From Orbicella franksi (Eukaryota): a stretch of DNA of 64,000 nucleotides. A program made the translations under genes and the position numbers. The notes beneath the pieces were generated by a model, which saw nothing but the letters and a program-made list of their open reading frames with translations, was not told where the DNA came from and did no database searches. Shown here one piece after another: positions 1 to 12,231 of this stretch. The first letter of the stretch is position 1. Every line of letters begins with the position of its first letter. The stretch spans positions 4,092,001 through 4,156,000 of the forward strand of contig OZ116701.1 in the NCBI GenBank assembly GCA_964199315.1. Direction: 5' to 3'.

Positions 1-121
1 CGTATTACCCTTCTTTCGCAAGATGCATGCGCCTACTTGCTGGCGTGCTCGAAGCCTTTAGATATGAGTCCTATCTAACTTTCGATCTTACGAAACAGCG
101 CTTTTTGTCTTAACCCCATAG

Positions 122-216
122 AGATTGACAAGAACAGAAAAGTGTTACTAGATCTGTCGACCAAGTCTGCTGGTGAGCTAACTACAACACAGGAAACAAA
201 CCAACAGAAAAAAGAG
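122..216 (+). CDS. Candidate upstream coding exon of the TPR-CHAT gene (EIDKNRKVLLDLSTKSAGELTTTQETNQQKKE)
   Basis: Acceptor ccccatag ends at 121 and donor gag|gtaaaa starts at 217. The frame is open and ends in phase 0, matching the phase-0 start of the exon at 533. No homology support. Confidence 0.35.
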
Positions 217-622
217 GTAAAACCTGGTATCAAGATCATAAAAAAAGTTATGAAAAAGTAATAAAGCAGAGAGACATTGTAAGAAGCCCAGGCTTTAATT
301 TTCTATTTCTAAGAATAATGATTCGTCTAAACAAGGATTTAAGATTTCGTTGCAGCTCTCATTTGACTAATCTCGTCTCTTCAACAGTGACTCAATTTAC
401 AAAAGGAGAATCACACAGCATTATTAAATGATATATTCTTGTTTCTAATAGAGAGGTGATGGTGATTTGAGGCTTAAGTAATGAGCAGAAAACTCTTATT
501 AAATTGTTGTTATGATTTTTAAAAAACCTTAGGATAAGGCACAAAGCATCTCATACCAAGATGAAACCAGGGCAAAAACTGATGTCGACCGATATAAGCA
601 AGACCTACAAATTTTCAAAGAA

Positions 623-3457
623 ATGGGAGACAAAGCCGGAGAGGGCAATGCGTATTTGAATATCGGTAAAGCATATTATAGTTTAGATGATTTCAAAACA
701 GCCATCGACTACTATGAACGCCATCTCAAAATTGCCAAGGAAGTTGGAGACAAGGCCGGAGAGGGTAGTGCGTATTGTAATCTCGGCAATGCTTACGATA
801 GCTTAGAAGATTTCAAAAGAGCCATCGAGTTCCATAAACGTCATCTCAAAATTGCCAAGGAAATGGGGGACAAGGCGGAAGAGAGCAACGCGTATTGCAA
901 TCTCGGCAATGCGTATGAGGGTTTAGAAGATTTCAAAAAAGCCATCGAGTATCATGAACGGCATCTAGAAATTGCCAAAGGGATGGGAGACAAAGAAGGA
1001 GAAGGTACTGCGTACTGCAATCTCGGTAACGCTTTTGACAGTGTGGGAGATTTCAAAAGGGCCATCAAGTACCATGAAAGTCATCTAAAAATGGCCCAAG
1101 AAATAGGAGACAAAGCCCGAGAGGGAGTCGCATATTGTAATCTCGGCAATGCTTATAGTAATTTAGAAGATTTCAATATAGCCATCAAGTACCATGAGCG
1201 GCATCTAAGAATTAGCAAAGAAATGGAAGACAAAGAAGGAGAGGGAATGGGCTATTGCAATATCGGCAACGCTTTTGAAAGCCTAAGGGATTACAGGAAA
1301 GCCATCGAGTACCATGGACGCCATCTAAAAATTTCACAAGAAAGTGGAGACAAGGCCGAAGAAGGAGAAAGTTACTGCAATCTCGGCAGAGCTTATGATT
1401 GCTTAGGGGATTTCAAGAAAGCCATCGATTACCATGAACGTCATCTCAACATTGCTAGAGAATTGGGAGACAAAATTGGAGAGGGGCGGAGTTACTGCGA
1501 TCTCGGCATTGCATATGAAAGTTTAGGAGCTTTCAAGGAAGCCATTGAGTACCACGAAGCTCATCTAAAAATTGCCAAAGAGGTGGGAGACGAAGCTGGC
1601 AAGGGAAAGAGTTATTGCGATCTCGGCAGAGCCTATTGTGGTTTGGGAGATTTTAAGAGAGCCCTCGAGTACCATGAACGTCATTTAAAAATTGCTAGGA
1701 AACTGAGAGATAAGGTTGGAGAGGGATGGAGTTATGGAAATCTCGGCAGAGCCCATGAACGTCTAGGAAATTTCAAGAAGGCAATCGACTATCATGAACG
1801 TCACTTAAGAATTGTCAAAGAAGTCGGAGACAAAGCTGGAGAGGGAAGGAGTTATAGTAATCTCGGCAGAGCCTATCGTAGTTTAGGGGACGTCAAGAGA
1901 GCCATTGGCTACCATGAACGTCATCTTAAAATTGCCACAGAAGTGGGAGACAAGGCTGGAGAGGCAGCAAGTTATGGAAATCTCGGCAATGCTTACTACA
2001 GTTTAGGAGATTTCAAGAGGGCCATAGAGTATCAAGAACATAGTCTACAAGTTCTCCAAGAAGTTGGATACAAAGTTGAAGAAATGAAGAGCTATTGCAG
2101 TCTCGGCAATGCTTATCATAATTTAGGAGATTTCAAAACTGCTATCGACTATCACGAACGTGAACTAAGAATTGCCAGAGAAGTTGAGGACAAGTCTGCA
2201 GAGGGAGGCGCGTATTGTAATCTCGGCAATGTTTATCACAGTTTAGGAGATTTGAAGAGAGCCATCGAGTACCATGAACGTCATTCAAAGATTGCCGAGG
2301 AAGTGGGAGAAAAAGCAGGAGAAGGAAGCAGTTATGGCAATCTCGGCAATGATTACTATAGCTTAGGATATTTCTCAACAGCTATAGAGTACCATGAACG
2401 GCATCTAAAGATTGCTAAAGATTTGGGAGACAAGGCCGGAGAGAGAAATGCCTACTGTAATCTCGGCAATGCCTACGATGGTTTGAAAGATTTTAAAAGA
2501 GCCATGGAGTGCTATGAACGTCATCTAAAAATTTCCCAAGAAATGAAAGACAAGGCTGGCGAAGGAACGAGTTATGGAAATCTCGGCAGTGTGTTTTATA
2601 GCTTGGGAGATTTCCAAAAAGCCATCGAGTTCCATGAATGTCATCTAAAGCTTGCCAGACAAGTTGGAGACAAAGCTGGAGTAGCCAGATCGTTGTACTC
2701 TCTTGGTATCAGCTTTGAAGGCCAAGGATCCTTATCAAGATCCCTTGAGTGCTATCATTCCAGCGTGATGGTCTATAATGAAATCAGAGCTAGTCTGAAG
2801 TTTAAAGATGAATGGAAGATCAGTTACCGTGATACACTGGAATTTGCGTACACTAGCTTGTGGCTTCTTCATTTAAAACAAGGTGAAGTTGTCGAGGCTC
2901 TGCGTTTTGCTGACCAAGGACGTGCACAAGCTCTTAGAGATCTCATGGATTCAAAGTATGTGTCCGGAGAAGAATACTATCAGTTGCACTCCCCAGAACT
3001 GTCTGCTGACTTCCTCCTTAGCTGTGTTCCATCAAACACAGTTTTCACAGCAGTTGATGACAAAGAAATATTTTTCTGGGTCATTCAAGACGGTAAAGAT
3101 GTTCAGTTGAGAAGAAAAGAAATTACCGATGTTTCAAACGAAGATGTGAAAAGATTTATTACCTCCTTGAATGAGTCCATTGGAACAAGAGGTGGTGTTA
3201 TATGCGAAAATCGTTCACTTGATGAGCCTTGTGGCGAACAATTGGCGAACGAAAGGGCCCCTGGCAATGATTTTCATGCTGAACAGTCACAACGACGTGC
3301 TCTACGAACGTTATATGACGTCATCATTGCTCCAATCGCCGACCGGTGTACGAACAGAAGACGACTGTTTTCTTACAATGACAGATGTGTTACAAGCAAA
3401 TCTGCGAGCGAAGTTGGTTGTGCTAAGTTGCTGTCACAGTGCTCAAGGGGAGATTAA
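623..3457 (+). CDS. TTC28-like: Translatable product of the TPR-CHAT locus: 18 TPR units plus truncated CHAT, ending in ~38 out-of-frame residues
   Basis: 944-aa ORF in the track. Similarity to the family stops after [11 protein letters not shown] (~3343), and the remainder (RCTNRRR...) is frameshifted. Confidence 0.75.
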   Translation: MGDKAGEGNAYLNIGKAYYSLDDFKTAIDYYERHLKIAKEVGDKAGEGSAYCNLGNAYDSLEDFKRAIEFHKRHLKIAKEMGDKAEESNAYCNLGNAYEGLEDFKKAIEYHERHLEIAKGMGDKEGEGTAYCNLGNAFDSVGDFKRAIKYHESHLKMAQEIGDKAREGVAYCNLGNAYSNLEDFNIAIKYHERHLRISKEMEDKEGEGMGYCNIGNAFESLRDYRKAIEYHGRHLKISQESGDKAEEGESYCNLGRAYDCLGDFKKAIDYHERHLNIARELGDKIGEGRSYCDLGIAYESLGAFKEAIEYHEAHLKIAKEVGDEAGKGKSYCDLGRAYCGLGDFKRALEYHERHLKIARKLRDKVGEGWSYGNLGRAHERLGNFKKAIDYHERHLRIVKEVGDKAGEGRSYSNLGRAYRSLGDVKRAIGYHERHLKIATEVGDKAGEAASYGNLGNAYYSLGDFKRAIEYQEHSLQVLQEVGYKVEEMKSYCSLGNAYHNLGDFKTAIDYHERELRIAREVEDKSAEGGAYCNLGNVYHSLGDLKRAIEYHERHSKIAEEVGEKAGEGSSYGNLGNDYYSLGYFSTAIEYHERHLKIAKDLGDKAGERNAYCNLGNAYDGLKDFKRAMECYERHLKISQEMKDKAGEGTSYGNLGSVFYSLGDFQKAIEFHECHLKLARQVGDKAGVARSLYSLGISFEGQGSLSRSLECYHSSVMVYNEIRASLKFKDEWKISYRDTLEFAYTSLWLLHLKQGEVVEALRFADQGRAQALRDLMDSKYVSGEEYYQLHSPELSADFLLSCVPSNTVFTAVDDKEIFFWVIQDGKDVQLRRKEITDVSNEDVKRFITSLNESIGTRGGVICENRSLDEPCGEQLANERAPGNDFHAEQSQRRALRTLYDVIIAPIADRCTNRRRLFSYNDRCVTSKSASEVGCAKLLSQCSRGD
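659..2742 (+). repeat. Coding tandem array, exact 120-nt period (18 units)
   Basis: The motif aatctcggc(aat/aga) recurs at 779, 899, 1019 ... 2579, with variants at 659 and 2699. There are no indels between units. Confidence 0.95.
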
Positions 3458-4652
3458 AGCTGAAGGGGTGGTTAGCATTGCACGAGCGTTTTTAGGTGCT
3501 GGAGCTCGCTCTGTCTTGGTGTCCCTGTGGGCGATTGATGATGAGGCGACTATGGAGTTTATGAAACATTTCTACGGAGAATTGGTTAAAGGAAAGAAGG
3601 CCAGTGAAGCTCTTCGTGTAGCCATGAAATGTATGAGAGAATCTCAACAGTTCAGGGAAGTGAAGTATTGGGCACCATTTGTACTGATTGGCGACGACGT
3701 CACGCTGGAGTTTTAGATTGACGTTTTCCATCGTCCAATGTAAGTAAACGATACGATTATGCAATGCAAAGTTAGGAGAACGTAATGGCAAGATACAATG
3801 CAAGTAAATTTAAAACGTACCTTCTCGTTAGGTGGTAAATAAGCGTTAAGTATGTGCTTCTATGTTCCATTCTAAGTCACCGAAGAATCGGAATGTTAAC
3901 ATGATCCGTCCGTTGTTTCTGCCAACTCATGAAAGTAATGCTTTGGTTGAGACCATGCAATACAACTGAGCCAGTATATTTTCCTTGATGGTTCTTTCGA
4001 AAAAAAGAGATAAGAAACAATTTCCTCGATTGAACAACTGTCTTGTTATCAGACATTTCTCAGACGCAAACTACGACCACAGGTCGAATGCAACTGCATT
4101 TGTTGCGCTTTGAACTCAGCCCAATCAGTTGGAAAGCCCTTGTTTTAGCATTTTAAAACAGACAGTGAAGACTTACATTGACAACAAGCACCAGGAAAAA
4201 AGAACACTCAACTTCCAGCTGTCCATCGCGTCTCAAAAACGTATGTGCCGAAGTTCTGTTAGCTCTTTCAATGTCGAGAGGGGCCATTTTGTTGAATATG
4301 AAAATCGAACTACATGAAACAAAATCCATTATTTATGCATCCCTTGCCTAAGAAACAACAAGTAATCTCTACTATGGTGATGCGGCTCTTTGCGTTAATG
4401 GCTGTTCCATTTCCTCCTTGTAGGTTCTGAACGTAGAAGCTGTATATATAAACGACGAGACAAAAGGCGGTCCGAGTTGTAGCTACGTCCTTGATGAAAT
4501 ACGGATTAGAAACTAGAAACTGTGTTTCTCCTATGTCCAAGGACCAAGTAAAGCCGTGATGAGATTGCAGAGTACTATCACTTTTGACGATAATTACGAA
4601 ACTATTTGCAAACATGAAAGAGTTCGGTGGCAGTTGTTTCGTTAACGTTTAA

Positions 4653-5316
4653 GGACGTTCGCGCCCAAAATCATTTAACGTACTGATTTCTTTTCAAGTT
4701 TGACTGTAGTTAGACCATGATCAGAATATGTCAAAAACGCTAAAAAATTTGGGAGTCACCGAGCTCGTTTTGGAGATAAAGCATATCACAGACCACAGCA
4801 TTTCTGATGGGAGTTTCAGTCATTCGACGAGATTCTGCATTCATTACTATCGGAATATATTTAAGTAGAATGGAGAAGCATATCTAAAACGTGTGTTTAT
4901 TTGAGCACATATATACAATAGATTTTTACTACATATGTCATTAGCTTAGGCAGAATTAACCTTAAAAAGGCCACGTCTAAGTCACGCACACCTGTAATTA
5001 TGCGAAAATTCGACCCCATGTGAATAGTAAATGCGAAATAACTAAAACCTCCCACGTGCAGATTTTTTTTGCACTTTAGTATATTCGAAAGAATCAGAAA
5101 AGGAAATGATCGGTTGAAAAATAATGGGGATCACTGAACATCCAGCGAAAAATATCCTCACACAAAGTTAACGCAAAGGCCATCAGCTCTATGTTTTGTT
5201 GAGTTTTTCACTCGTTACGCGCGCTCGATGTATGACGTGGTGCGCGCGTAACGAGTGAAAAACTAATGAATAGCGTGCGCACTAGGGATGCGCGGTAGCA
5301 ATGGGCGCGAATGTCC
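4653..5316. mobile_element. Non-autonomous TIR element with TTAA target duplication and GG...CC ends (Kolobok-like MITE)
   Basis: ttaa|ggacgttcgcgccca at 4649-4667 and tgggcgcgaatgtcc|ttaa at 5302-5320; 15-bp TIR with 1 mismatch. Confidence 0.7.
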
Positions 5317-5560
5317 TTAAATGCTAGACCTAGGGCTTCGATTCACCAAGTGCTTATAATAAAATATTAGTCGTATTGATTACCTCACGTTTCAATTTAA
5401 ATGTTATGCATTGTTCTAGCCTTCCCAGATCCGTTTTAAGCATTTTAATTATTAAAGCTGTTACTTTACCTAATTTGTTTTATCAAGTTTTTGACAATGC
5501 GTAACTTTCCTTTGCTAGTTTTCAAAATTTCAATATAGTAAATCGACCACAATTTTCTTT

Positions 5561-5761
5561 AATAAGTAGATTCCATGTTGCCGCGCGTTTGTTCAGTAAT
5601 AGATCACAGGTGAGGTCAAAACGTGGTAAGAAAGTTCAAAAGAAAAACGAAAAGTAGCACACGAGGGGCAGCTGAGTTTGTCACGGATGTTCTTACCACA
5701 TTTTGACGTCTTATGTGATCTATTACTGAACAGACACGCGGCATCATGGAATCTATTTGTT
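5561..5761. mobile_element. ~200-bp palindromic (foldback) MITE
   Basis: tagattccatgttgccgcgcgtttgttcagtaatagatcaca... pairs with ...tgtgatctattactgaacagacacgcggcatcatggaatcta over ~65 bp. Confidence 0.7.
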
Positions 5762-6653
5762 TCATACAATGAACAGAATTTAAGTGAAATGAGGAAAATC
5801 GCTAACTTGCATCGTGGCGCCCGACTGTTAAAACAACTTTCCCAGTTAGGAATTGTTAAGAGGCCGGGAAATCTTTTTGTCTCGGTTTCCTCTTTTTAAG
5901 CGATGATGTAGTCGTCTCTTAATGCTGAGAAGCAGCATTCTTTTGGATAAGTGATGTCTCACTTATTTTCCCCGCGCTTATGTCGCGCACGATTTATCCC
6001 TCGGTGGAAGCGAAATGTACTCTGAGAGCTAGTAAATAACACACCAAAAATTCGCCGTCTTTGGTTTCGGGGAGTGAAAAACTTGTCCTTTGCGGTCGTC
6101 GTTTGCGGTTTGTAGGATCCGCCGATAGCCTTTAATTTCAGCCTTTAAACAAAGATTTTGAGTGTGGATTGTGCTTTTTTCAGTATCGGATAAATTTGTG
6201 CTCAAGGACAAACTCATAATGAGAACATATCGTCCATACATACAACTTTACATCGACAAGCAAGTCGCACACGCGATAGGTCAAGGGTCCCCATTAAATT
6301 TACGTATTTGTGAGCGCTGTGTAGGCCGGACCTTTGCCTGTCTTGAAGTGAATTGATTGAGCACTGTCAGAGCACTGTATGAACACTGAAATATCTGAAC
6401 TAAACTTATCTGAGGACTGAAATATTGGTAAAATTTAACTTGAATTGAAGAAGAGCATTGAAGGAGTTCGCTGTCAAACCAGTTGAGATAGCAGAATGCA
6501 ACGGAGAACAGTGTAACGAAAAGGTGAGCTACCTGAAGGTTGTAGCAACCACGAAGTGTTGGTTAGATTTCCAGTTGTTAAACTCAGTTATCGGGACTGG
6601 AGTGGCTGTTGCATTTTATCCATTTTCTTCTAGTTAGGCTAGGGTCGCACTAA

Positions 6654-7050
6654 GGGTCTGTTAACAAGGAGGGAGAGTTACCCTAGCAAGCGAGTTAACG
6701 CTAGCTGGAGGGCACAAGATAGCCGAGGTTTACAAGCAAAATTTCACAGGTAGGGTAACCTTACAACCCGGGACAACTTAATGCGCGGTTACACCCAAAA
6801 CGTCTGGAAACAATAGAAAGTTAACCCAAGTAGGCGAGTTAACCCCACCTGGAGTGTCTACAAGGGAAAACGCTAACCCGCCTGCTATTGTAACCCTAGC
6901 ACGCACATAGGGTTACCCACCTACCCCGATAACCGTAGCTGCCTTGTAAACACAACGAAGAAAACAAGAGGAAATGTGTGAGTGCTAGGGTAACCCGCTT
7001 GCCAGGGTAACCCTTTGCTAGGGTAACCCTCTCTCCTTGTAAACAGGCCC
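6654..7050. mobile_element. PIF/Harbinger-like (Tourist-type) MITE with TAA TSD
   Basis: taa|gggtctgttaacaaggagggagagttaccctagcaa ... ttgctagggtaaccctctctccttgtaaacaggccc|taa; ~35-bp TIR; internal gggtaaccc motifs. Confidence 0.75.
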
Positions 7051-8004
7051 TAACAGGATCGATGATTACATTGGACATAAATTCTGTCATCGCATGCTCG
7101 CGACATGTGCGACCCTTTTGACGCGATCATATCAGACATGACTATGTCCGCGACACTTTAAGTTCAAAGAGACCGATATCCTGCCACGAAGCAGGTTACA
7201 TCTTGCCTAATGGTCTTAAAAACAGTTTTTCTATTTTTCTTTTGTTGCAATGTCAATCAAATCTGAAATTCCGCAAATTAGATTCCACAAAGCAAGCACG
7301 CATCGTGTGTACAGAGCTCTTGCTTCAACATTTTCCCAATTCTCACAAAACGTTATTAGTTGTAATTCTTCATCTTAATCCGTACGAGTTTCAACGCTTC
7401 CAGTTTTCATAGCATAGTGGAAATGACTTGCAGCCGATTTGTTTTCAGCAGCAAAACGCACAGCCACAAGCACCTTCGTCGTTACCTCCGAGTCTAGAGC
7501 AGCCTTCAGTTTCACAGAAGAAGCATCCTCGGGAGAGAAAACGTCTAAAAAGAAAAAGTCTAGCCAAAGGGAGCGATGGTGCCTTAACGATGAGAAAGTC
7601 CTTTTCAGCTTTGGGCCGATAATATAATGATTATTATCAGCATGGTGTCATATATCTTTTATGTCGTAAACGTACGACTCCAGAAACCCTCTGGGGGTAA
7701 ATGCCCCGACAAACTTGGGTGACAAAAACAAAAAAGTCCACAGTGCGACCCATGTCTAACGTTTAAGTATCCGGAAATGGAAATGGCAGTTAAATGTCAT
7801 CGCTTCTGCACGCATTGCGTGCCGTTTATTTGACTTCAGAACACCTTAGTTATTCCCACTGTTGAATTGCTGTGTCTCTGGTCACTCACGTCCCCCGAAA
7901 ATGCACAACTCAGTTTTCTACAAGTGAACATGCAAATTTCGAGGGAAGCAACATCGAAAATTCCAGAGATTTTTTAACTGAATAATTAGAGAGAGAATCG
8001 CAGT

Positions 8005-8145
8005 TATGATCACTTCTCAAACAGTAGCGAAAATAAAGCCTAAAAACATTCAGGCTTCTACGGGAGTTTAAACCATGACTTCTGAGATACAGGTGCTCTA
8101 CCAACTGAACTAACAAGGCAACTGAGAGCTGGTCATTTTGTGAGC
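8005..8145 (-). mobile_element. tRNA-related SINE-like repeat fragment
   Basis: The minus strand reads gttagttcagttggtagagcac (A-box-like) ... gtttaaactccc (degenerate B box). A near-identical copy lies at 18110-18285. Confidence 0.55.
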
Positions 8146-9323
8146 GGACGAAATGTAATTTGACCTTCAAGTTTTCGTCAAGACTTTTTCAAAACATCCT
8201 CTTAATCTGGCGCCTTTGTGTTGAACAGGGAAATTTAGAATTTATGTTTTCGTGCTGTTTATCGGATGGATCTGCGGATCGTTTTGCTTTGTGTGAAACG
8301 AGCGGCGCAAATTTCGTCTGTTTATTTGGCGATAAACGTTTCCCGCTTATTGCCGGGCACGTTTGAGTCAAGTGATGAAATCCATCGCTGTAACTAACCA
8401 GTATAAAAAGAGTCGGGTAAGGTTCTTCCGCGAAAGCACTAGTATTCTTGTATTATTTTCTTAGCGCTGTCGTAAAAACAAAGCCTTAGTTTTAATTTCG
8501 ACCGAGGATATAACCTGATCTCATTTAATCTCGCGCAAGCGGTCGGATATTGGTTATCAACGGTAAAATTCTCGTAAAGTTGAAAGAGCCAGGTTCGTGC
8601 AAGCCCTTCCCATAATGCAGCGCGCCAAAGTTCGGGCGAGTTTTCACAGATGTAAACAAAACTTTTCATAATTCAGGGTCATTCGCAGGTTTTCACGTGG
8701 ATTTGACTTAGATTTGATTCATTGTTGTGACCTTAAGCCTGGTTGCATCTTCTGTTCATGCTTTAAGGAAAATGTAAAGTAAGATTTTAATCTTTGTCGT
8801 CAAAGTTCTCAATTTCTGCCTTTCGGGAAAATGGCTGTCATCCCGCAAAATTCCATCTAAATTATGACCGATCGTCAAGTTATACCTCGTGTGATTTGCA
8901 GGCAGATTCTCTAAATTGCTGCTTCAATATATAGAAGATCTTAAAGTCGATTGATCTCGAATTAACTTCACTGTTTGATACGTAAAAAGCAAGCACCGAG
9001 TCGAGTGTCTTTTCACTGGATTCCTTTCACCAATTAGGAAATGAAGAAGAAATCAGGCTGGCGCAAATATACTTTGGTGCTTGTTACATGAGTTTTTTAA
9101 GTTTGGCCCTGGCATAATATATATATATATTTTTAACTTTATTTTATTGGAAGACTCGTCTACTTTACAATACTAACGTTACATTCAATGCTAACATTAC
9201 TTACATCACTAACATTACTTAAAATATTAATATTCTTTAAATTTAATTTCTACATAGCATATATTACGTTACAAATACACAATAGTAACATTAAAAAGCT
9301 TACAATTTACAACACAGTACTAA

Positions 9324-10055
9324 GGCCCGTTCCAAACGTCGCTCCATTCATGCGCCGAACCTAACTAATGAGTTAAATACGGGCAGAAGAGCGGCGTTTG
9401 AATCAGTTTGGTTCGGCAGGTTAAGTTTGGTGCGGCAAACAACATTAAATTCGGCAGGGTCTGTCGCACTATGCGACGTTGGAGCGGCAGCTGATTCATA
9501 CGGCGTTCTCCTCATGTATCGAACCTAATGCATAAATTACTGTTATGTATTTTTCATATAACGGGACTCGTAATTGGCTCAAAATTGAGTGGCGTGACCA
9601 GTCATGCATGAAGCTCCAAGTCGTCGCTAAAAGTAAAGGCAACAAAATTTAAATATGCCTTCGATTTATGAGAAACGGGACGGTATAAGCGAGTTTCTTT
9701 AGCGCAAATTTATTTTTTGCTTTTTCTTCGTGATAACAGCCCAGCTTATGAGATTTCCCTTTAACAAGTCGAATCAACCGGGAGAAAACCTGTCTAAATA
9801 CAAACACTAAACCTTGAGTTTGAATTTGCTTCCCAAAATATTGCTATAACAGCGAAATGTTAGTCACAGCTTTTCTATTTGGACAGAGTTCTTGAATTCA
9901 GAACGCATCTCGTCGAAAATTGTTACCACCGACTTCCCGAATTAGGTTCGACGCAAGTACGCCGTCTGAACCAGCCGTCGCTCCAAAGTCGCTCTAAAGT
10001 CGAACTTAATCAAGTTTGGTTCGGCACATGAGTGGAGCGGCGTTTGGACCGGGCC
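9324..10055. mobile_element. Harbinger-like MITE, ~730 bp, inserted in a (TTAC)-rich low-complexity tract
   Basis: TIR ggcccgttccaaacgtcgctccattcatgcgccgaacc / ggttcggcacatgagtggagcggcgtttggaccgggcc; flanks taa / tga (imperfect TWA TSD). The ttac-rich sequence resumes on both sides (9160-9320, 10075-10330). Confidence 0.7.
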
Positions 10056-10708
10056 TGATCATCGACTTATAACTTGATACAGTACTAGTTTATGATTATC
10101 GCTTACAAAATGTTATTTTACCTACTTACAGTGCGTCATATTGCTTGCCTACAAACATTACTTACTACATATGACATTAACTACTGACAAGACGTCGCGT
10201 AAAATTACTGAATTACTTGCAATATGCTAAATTACTTACGTACATCACTTACAATACATCACATTATTTCACTTGCAATCTATTATGTTATATTACTTAC
10301 AATGCGTTATAATTCTTACTTACACGAATTACTTGCACTAGGAGGTAACATAAGTATCTTTTTAACCCTTAGCCCCCAAGGCGAACGGCAGTTTTTCCCA
10401 AATCGGCAAATAAAGACACTGCCTCTGTACAATATACCATTTGAAAGCCACTGATAAACGTATTTAAGAAATGACATCAGCAGCTATGAAGGAGGTAGTC
10501 ACTTTGAGAGCTTTAAAATGCGAAAATGAACGACTTTCTACTATATTAGGTATACCCCTAAACTATAGCTCATTTAGCAGCTCTCAGTGCACAGCTTGAT
10601 ATGAAACAAGTCTTGCATTTCATTTGCATCCCAAAAACGAAATTGAAAACTTGTGGGAGTGGTCAACCATGTCTTAGATAGGAGGGGGTCACAATTTTGA
10701 CTTCAGTA

Positions 10709-10743
<35 letters not shown>

Positions 10744-11497
10744 GTCATGGAAATCTATTAAATATTCACAAAGTCATAACGTTGTGTGCCAATTGGCACT
10801 CTTGGAGAGTAAAGGGTTAAATACGAGTGCTAGATATGCTCTCATTTGCTGTGATAATGTTTTACTCTGCAATAGAAATTGGTCCAAATTCATTGTAGAG
10901 AAAGAAGGTGACCTCTGCATTCAAATTAAATAAGGAAATCGTTAGGTCCCGGTACTCGTTTCCGAGGAAAAAACGATGACTTGTCTCTCGCAAGCCAAGC
11001 CGTTTAGAAAAAGCCACCATTTTGTGTATGTCCACGCGCTCGTGAGCACGCGCTAATGACGCGAAAATCGTGCGCAGTAGGGATGCGCAATGCAATTTTG
11101 AGGAATCATCTTAATTTAAGAATTTTGTTAACATCTGTTACCGTGTAAGGTCTGTGGGTGTGCAGATTGCCTGTTTGTCATTTTCAACAACCCATATGTA
11201 AATAATATTACGTAAAGCACTCAACAACATTTTCTTTTTTTCAAAATTTTTACTTTTCTTTTTTTTGCAGACTACAGGAGACAAATTCTTGTAATCCATT
11301 AAGCCAAACATGTGAAACAAAACATTTATCTACCATGCCAGGAGTTTTTTTTAAGATTGTCAACAATGATGGTAGCATCACAGCTAATGGTATCAATAGC
11401 AAATAGTCAATTGCCACAAGCTACCTGACGGTCAATCAATCAAACAATCAATCAAACTTCGACAGAGGTGTCAATAGTTATCAAACTAATGAACTCA

Positions 11498-11758
11498 TAA
11501 GGTAAAGTCTGCATACAAGCCAAGTGGCCCATCAGGCTGGAGCTTATCCCGGTTTCTGTAGCATGGAGTGACCAGGAGTATTTCTACTCCCCCCTGGATG
11601 GAATCCTAGTCCATCACAGGGTTACCCCCAGCATTAAGTTTGCTGGTACCCATTTATACGCCTGGGGTGAGAGAGGCACTGTGAGAGTACAGTGTTTTGC
11701 CCAAGAACACAGCACAATATCCCCACCCAGAGCTCGAACCCGGACCACTCAATCCAGA
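11498..11758 (-). mobile_element. tRNA-derived SINE (5' end truncated)
   Basis: Reverse complement of the full copy at 35922-36214 (gtgttcttgggcaaaacact...gggggtaaccctgtgatggactag...). Confidence 0.8.
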
Positions 11759-12231
11759 CAAAAGCACACGTCGTCTCGCTTAGGGGTGTAAATTTCAGAT
11801 TTTGGTCTCACTTAGGGTGTTCTGGGCAAAACAACATCATACGTAGCCCATATGTAGCCCATATCTAGCTGTGAAGGTCTCGTTTATGGTTTCACACGAA
11901 GAAATATAAAAATATATATTTAGTATGTTTTAAATATGGTCTCTTTTAGGAGTCAAAAAATCCTGGGCCATGCCATGATTGGATTCCTTTAGAGGTTTAA
12001 TTCAAAATTTCCAACGAGCATCCCCACCCTTTCATATGCGAAGTCGACACCCCCCGGGCGAGCTAGGCCTAAACAATGATGCTAAATGATTAAATGACAC
12101 TGTGATATTAGCCTAATTAAGAGCACTGATTTAACAGTGGTTAGCTCTTGACACTTTTAAGGGCCAGCCTTCTTATTGGGAACCAACCACTAATGAATGT
12201 TGTCAAGATTTGCACGAATATGTACGAGTTG

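Larger units (their letters stand above)
533..3716 (+). pseudogene. TTC28-like: TPR-repeat + CHAT (caspase HetF-associated) domain gene, TTC28-like; CHAT domain disrupted by a frameshifting internal deletion at ~3339-3344
   Basis: ORF 623-3457 holds 18 tandem 40-aa TPR units ([32 protein letters not shown]), followed by the TTC28-family linker ([15 protein letters not shown]...LKQG...EAL..A..GRAQAL.DLM). The CHAT C-terminal half ([47 protein letters not shown]...[16 protein letters not shown]) lies in a different frame, ending at 3716. The frame stays open upstream of the 623 ATG to an acceptor (ccttag, 532), so the gene probably starts in earlier exons. Confidence 0.85.

Noticed and set aside
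659-2742. Regularly spaced repeats resembling a CRISPR array
   Set aside because: The 120-nt units are fully coding and similar along their whole length, with no unique spacers and no cas genes; the context is eukaryotic.
3171-3716. 181-aa ORF as an independent CHAT gene, or a programmed ribosomal frameshift joining it to the TPR ORF
   Set aside because: Its first ~55 residues are off-frame junk. Joining the frames still lacks the central His-containing part of CHAT, and there is no slippery heptamer at the junction; a deletion explains it better.
7230-7560. Long minus-strand frame with a single internal stop (DVFSPEDASSVKLKAALDSEVTTKVLVAVRF...CENWENVEARALYTRCVLALWNL)
   Set aside because: Looks coding-like, but has no start, splice support or recognisable motif; possibly a TE fragment. 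A tBLASTn search would be needed.
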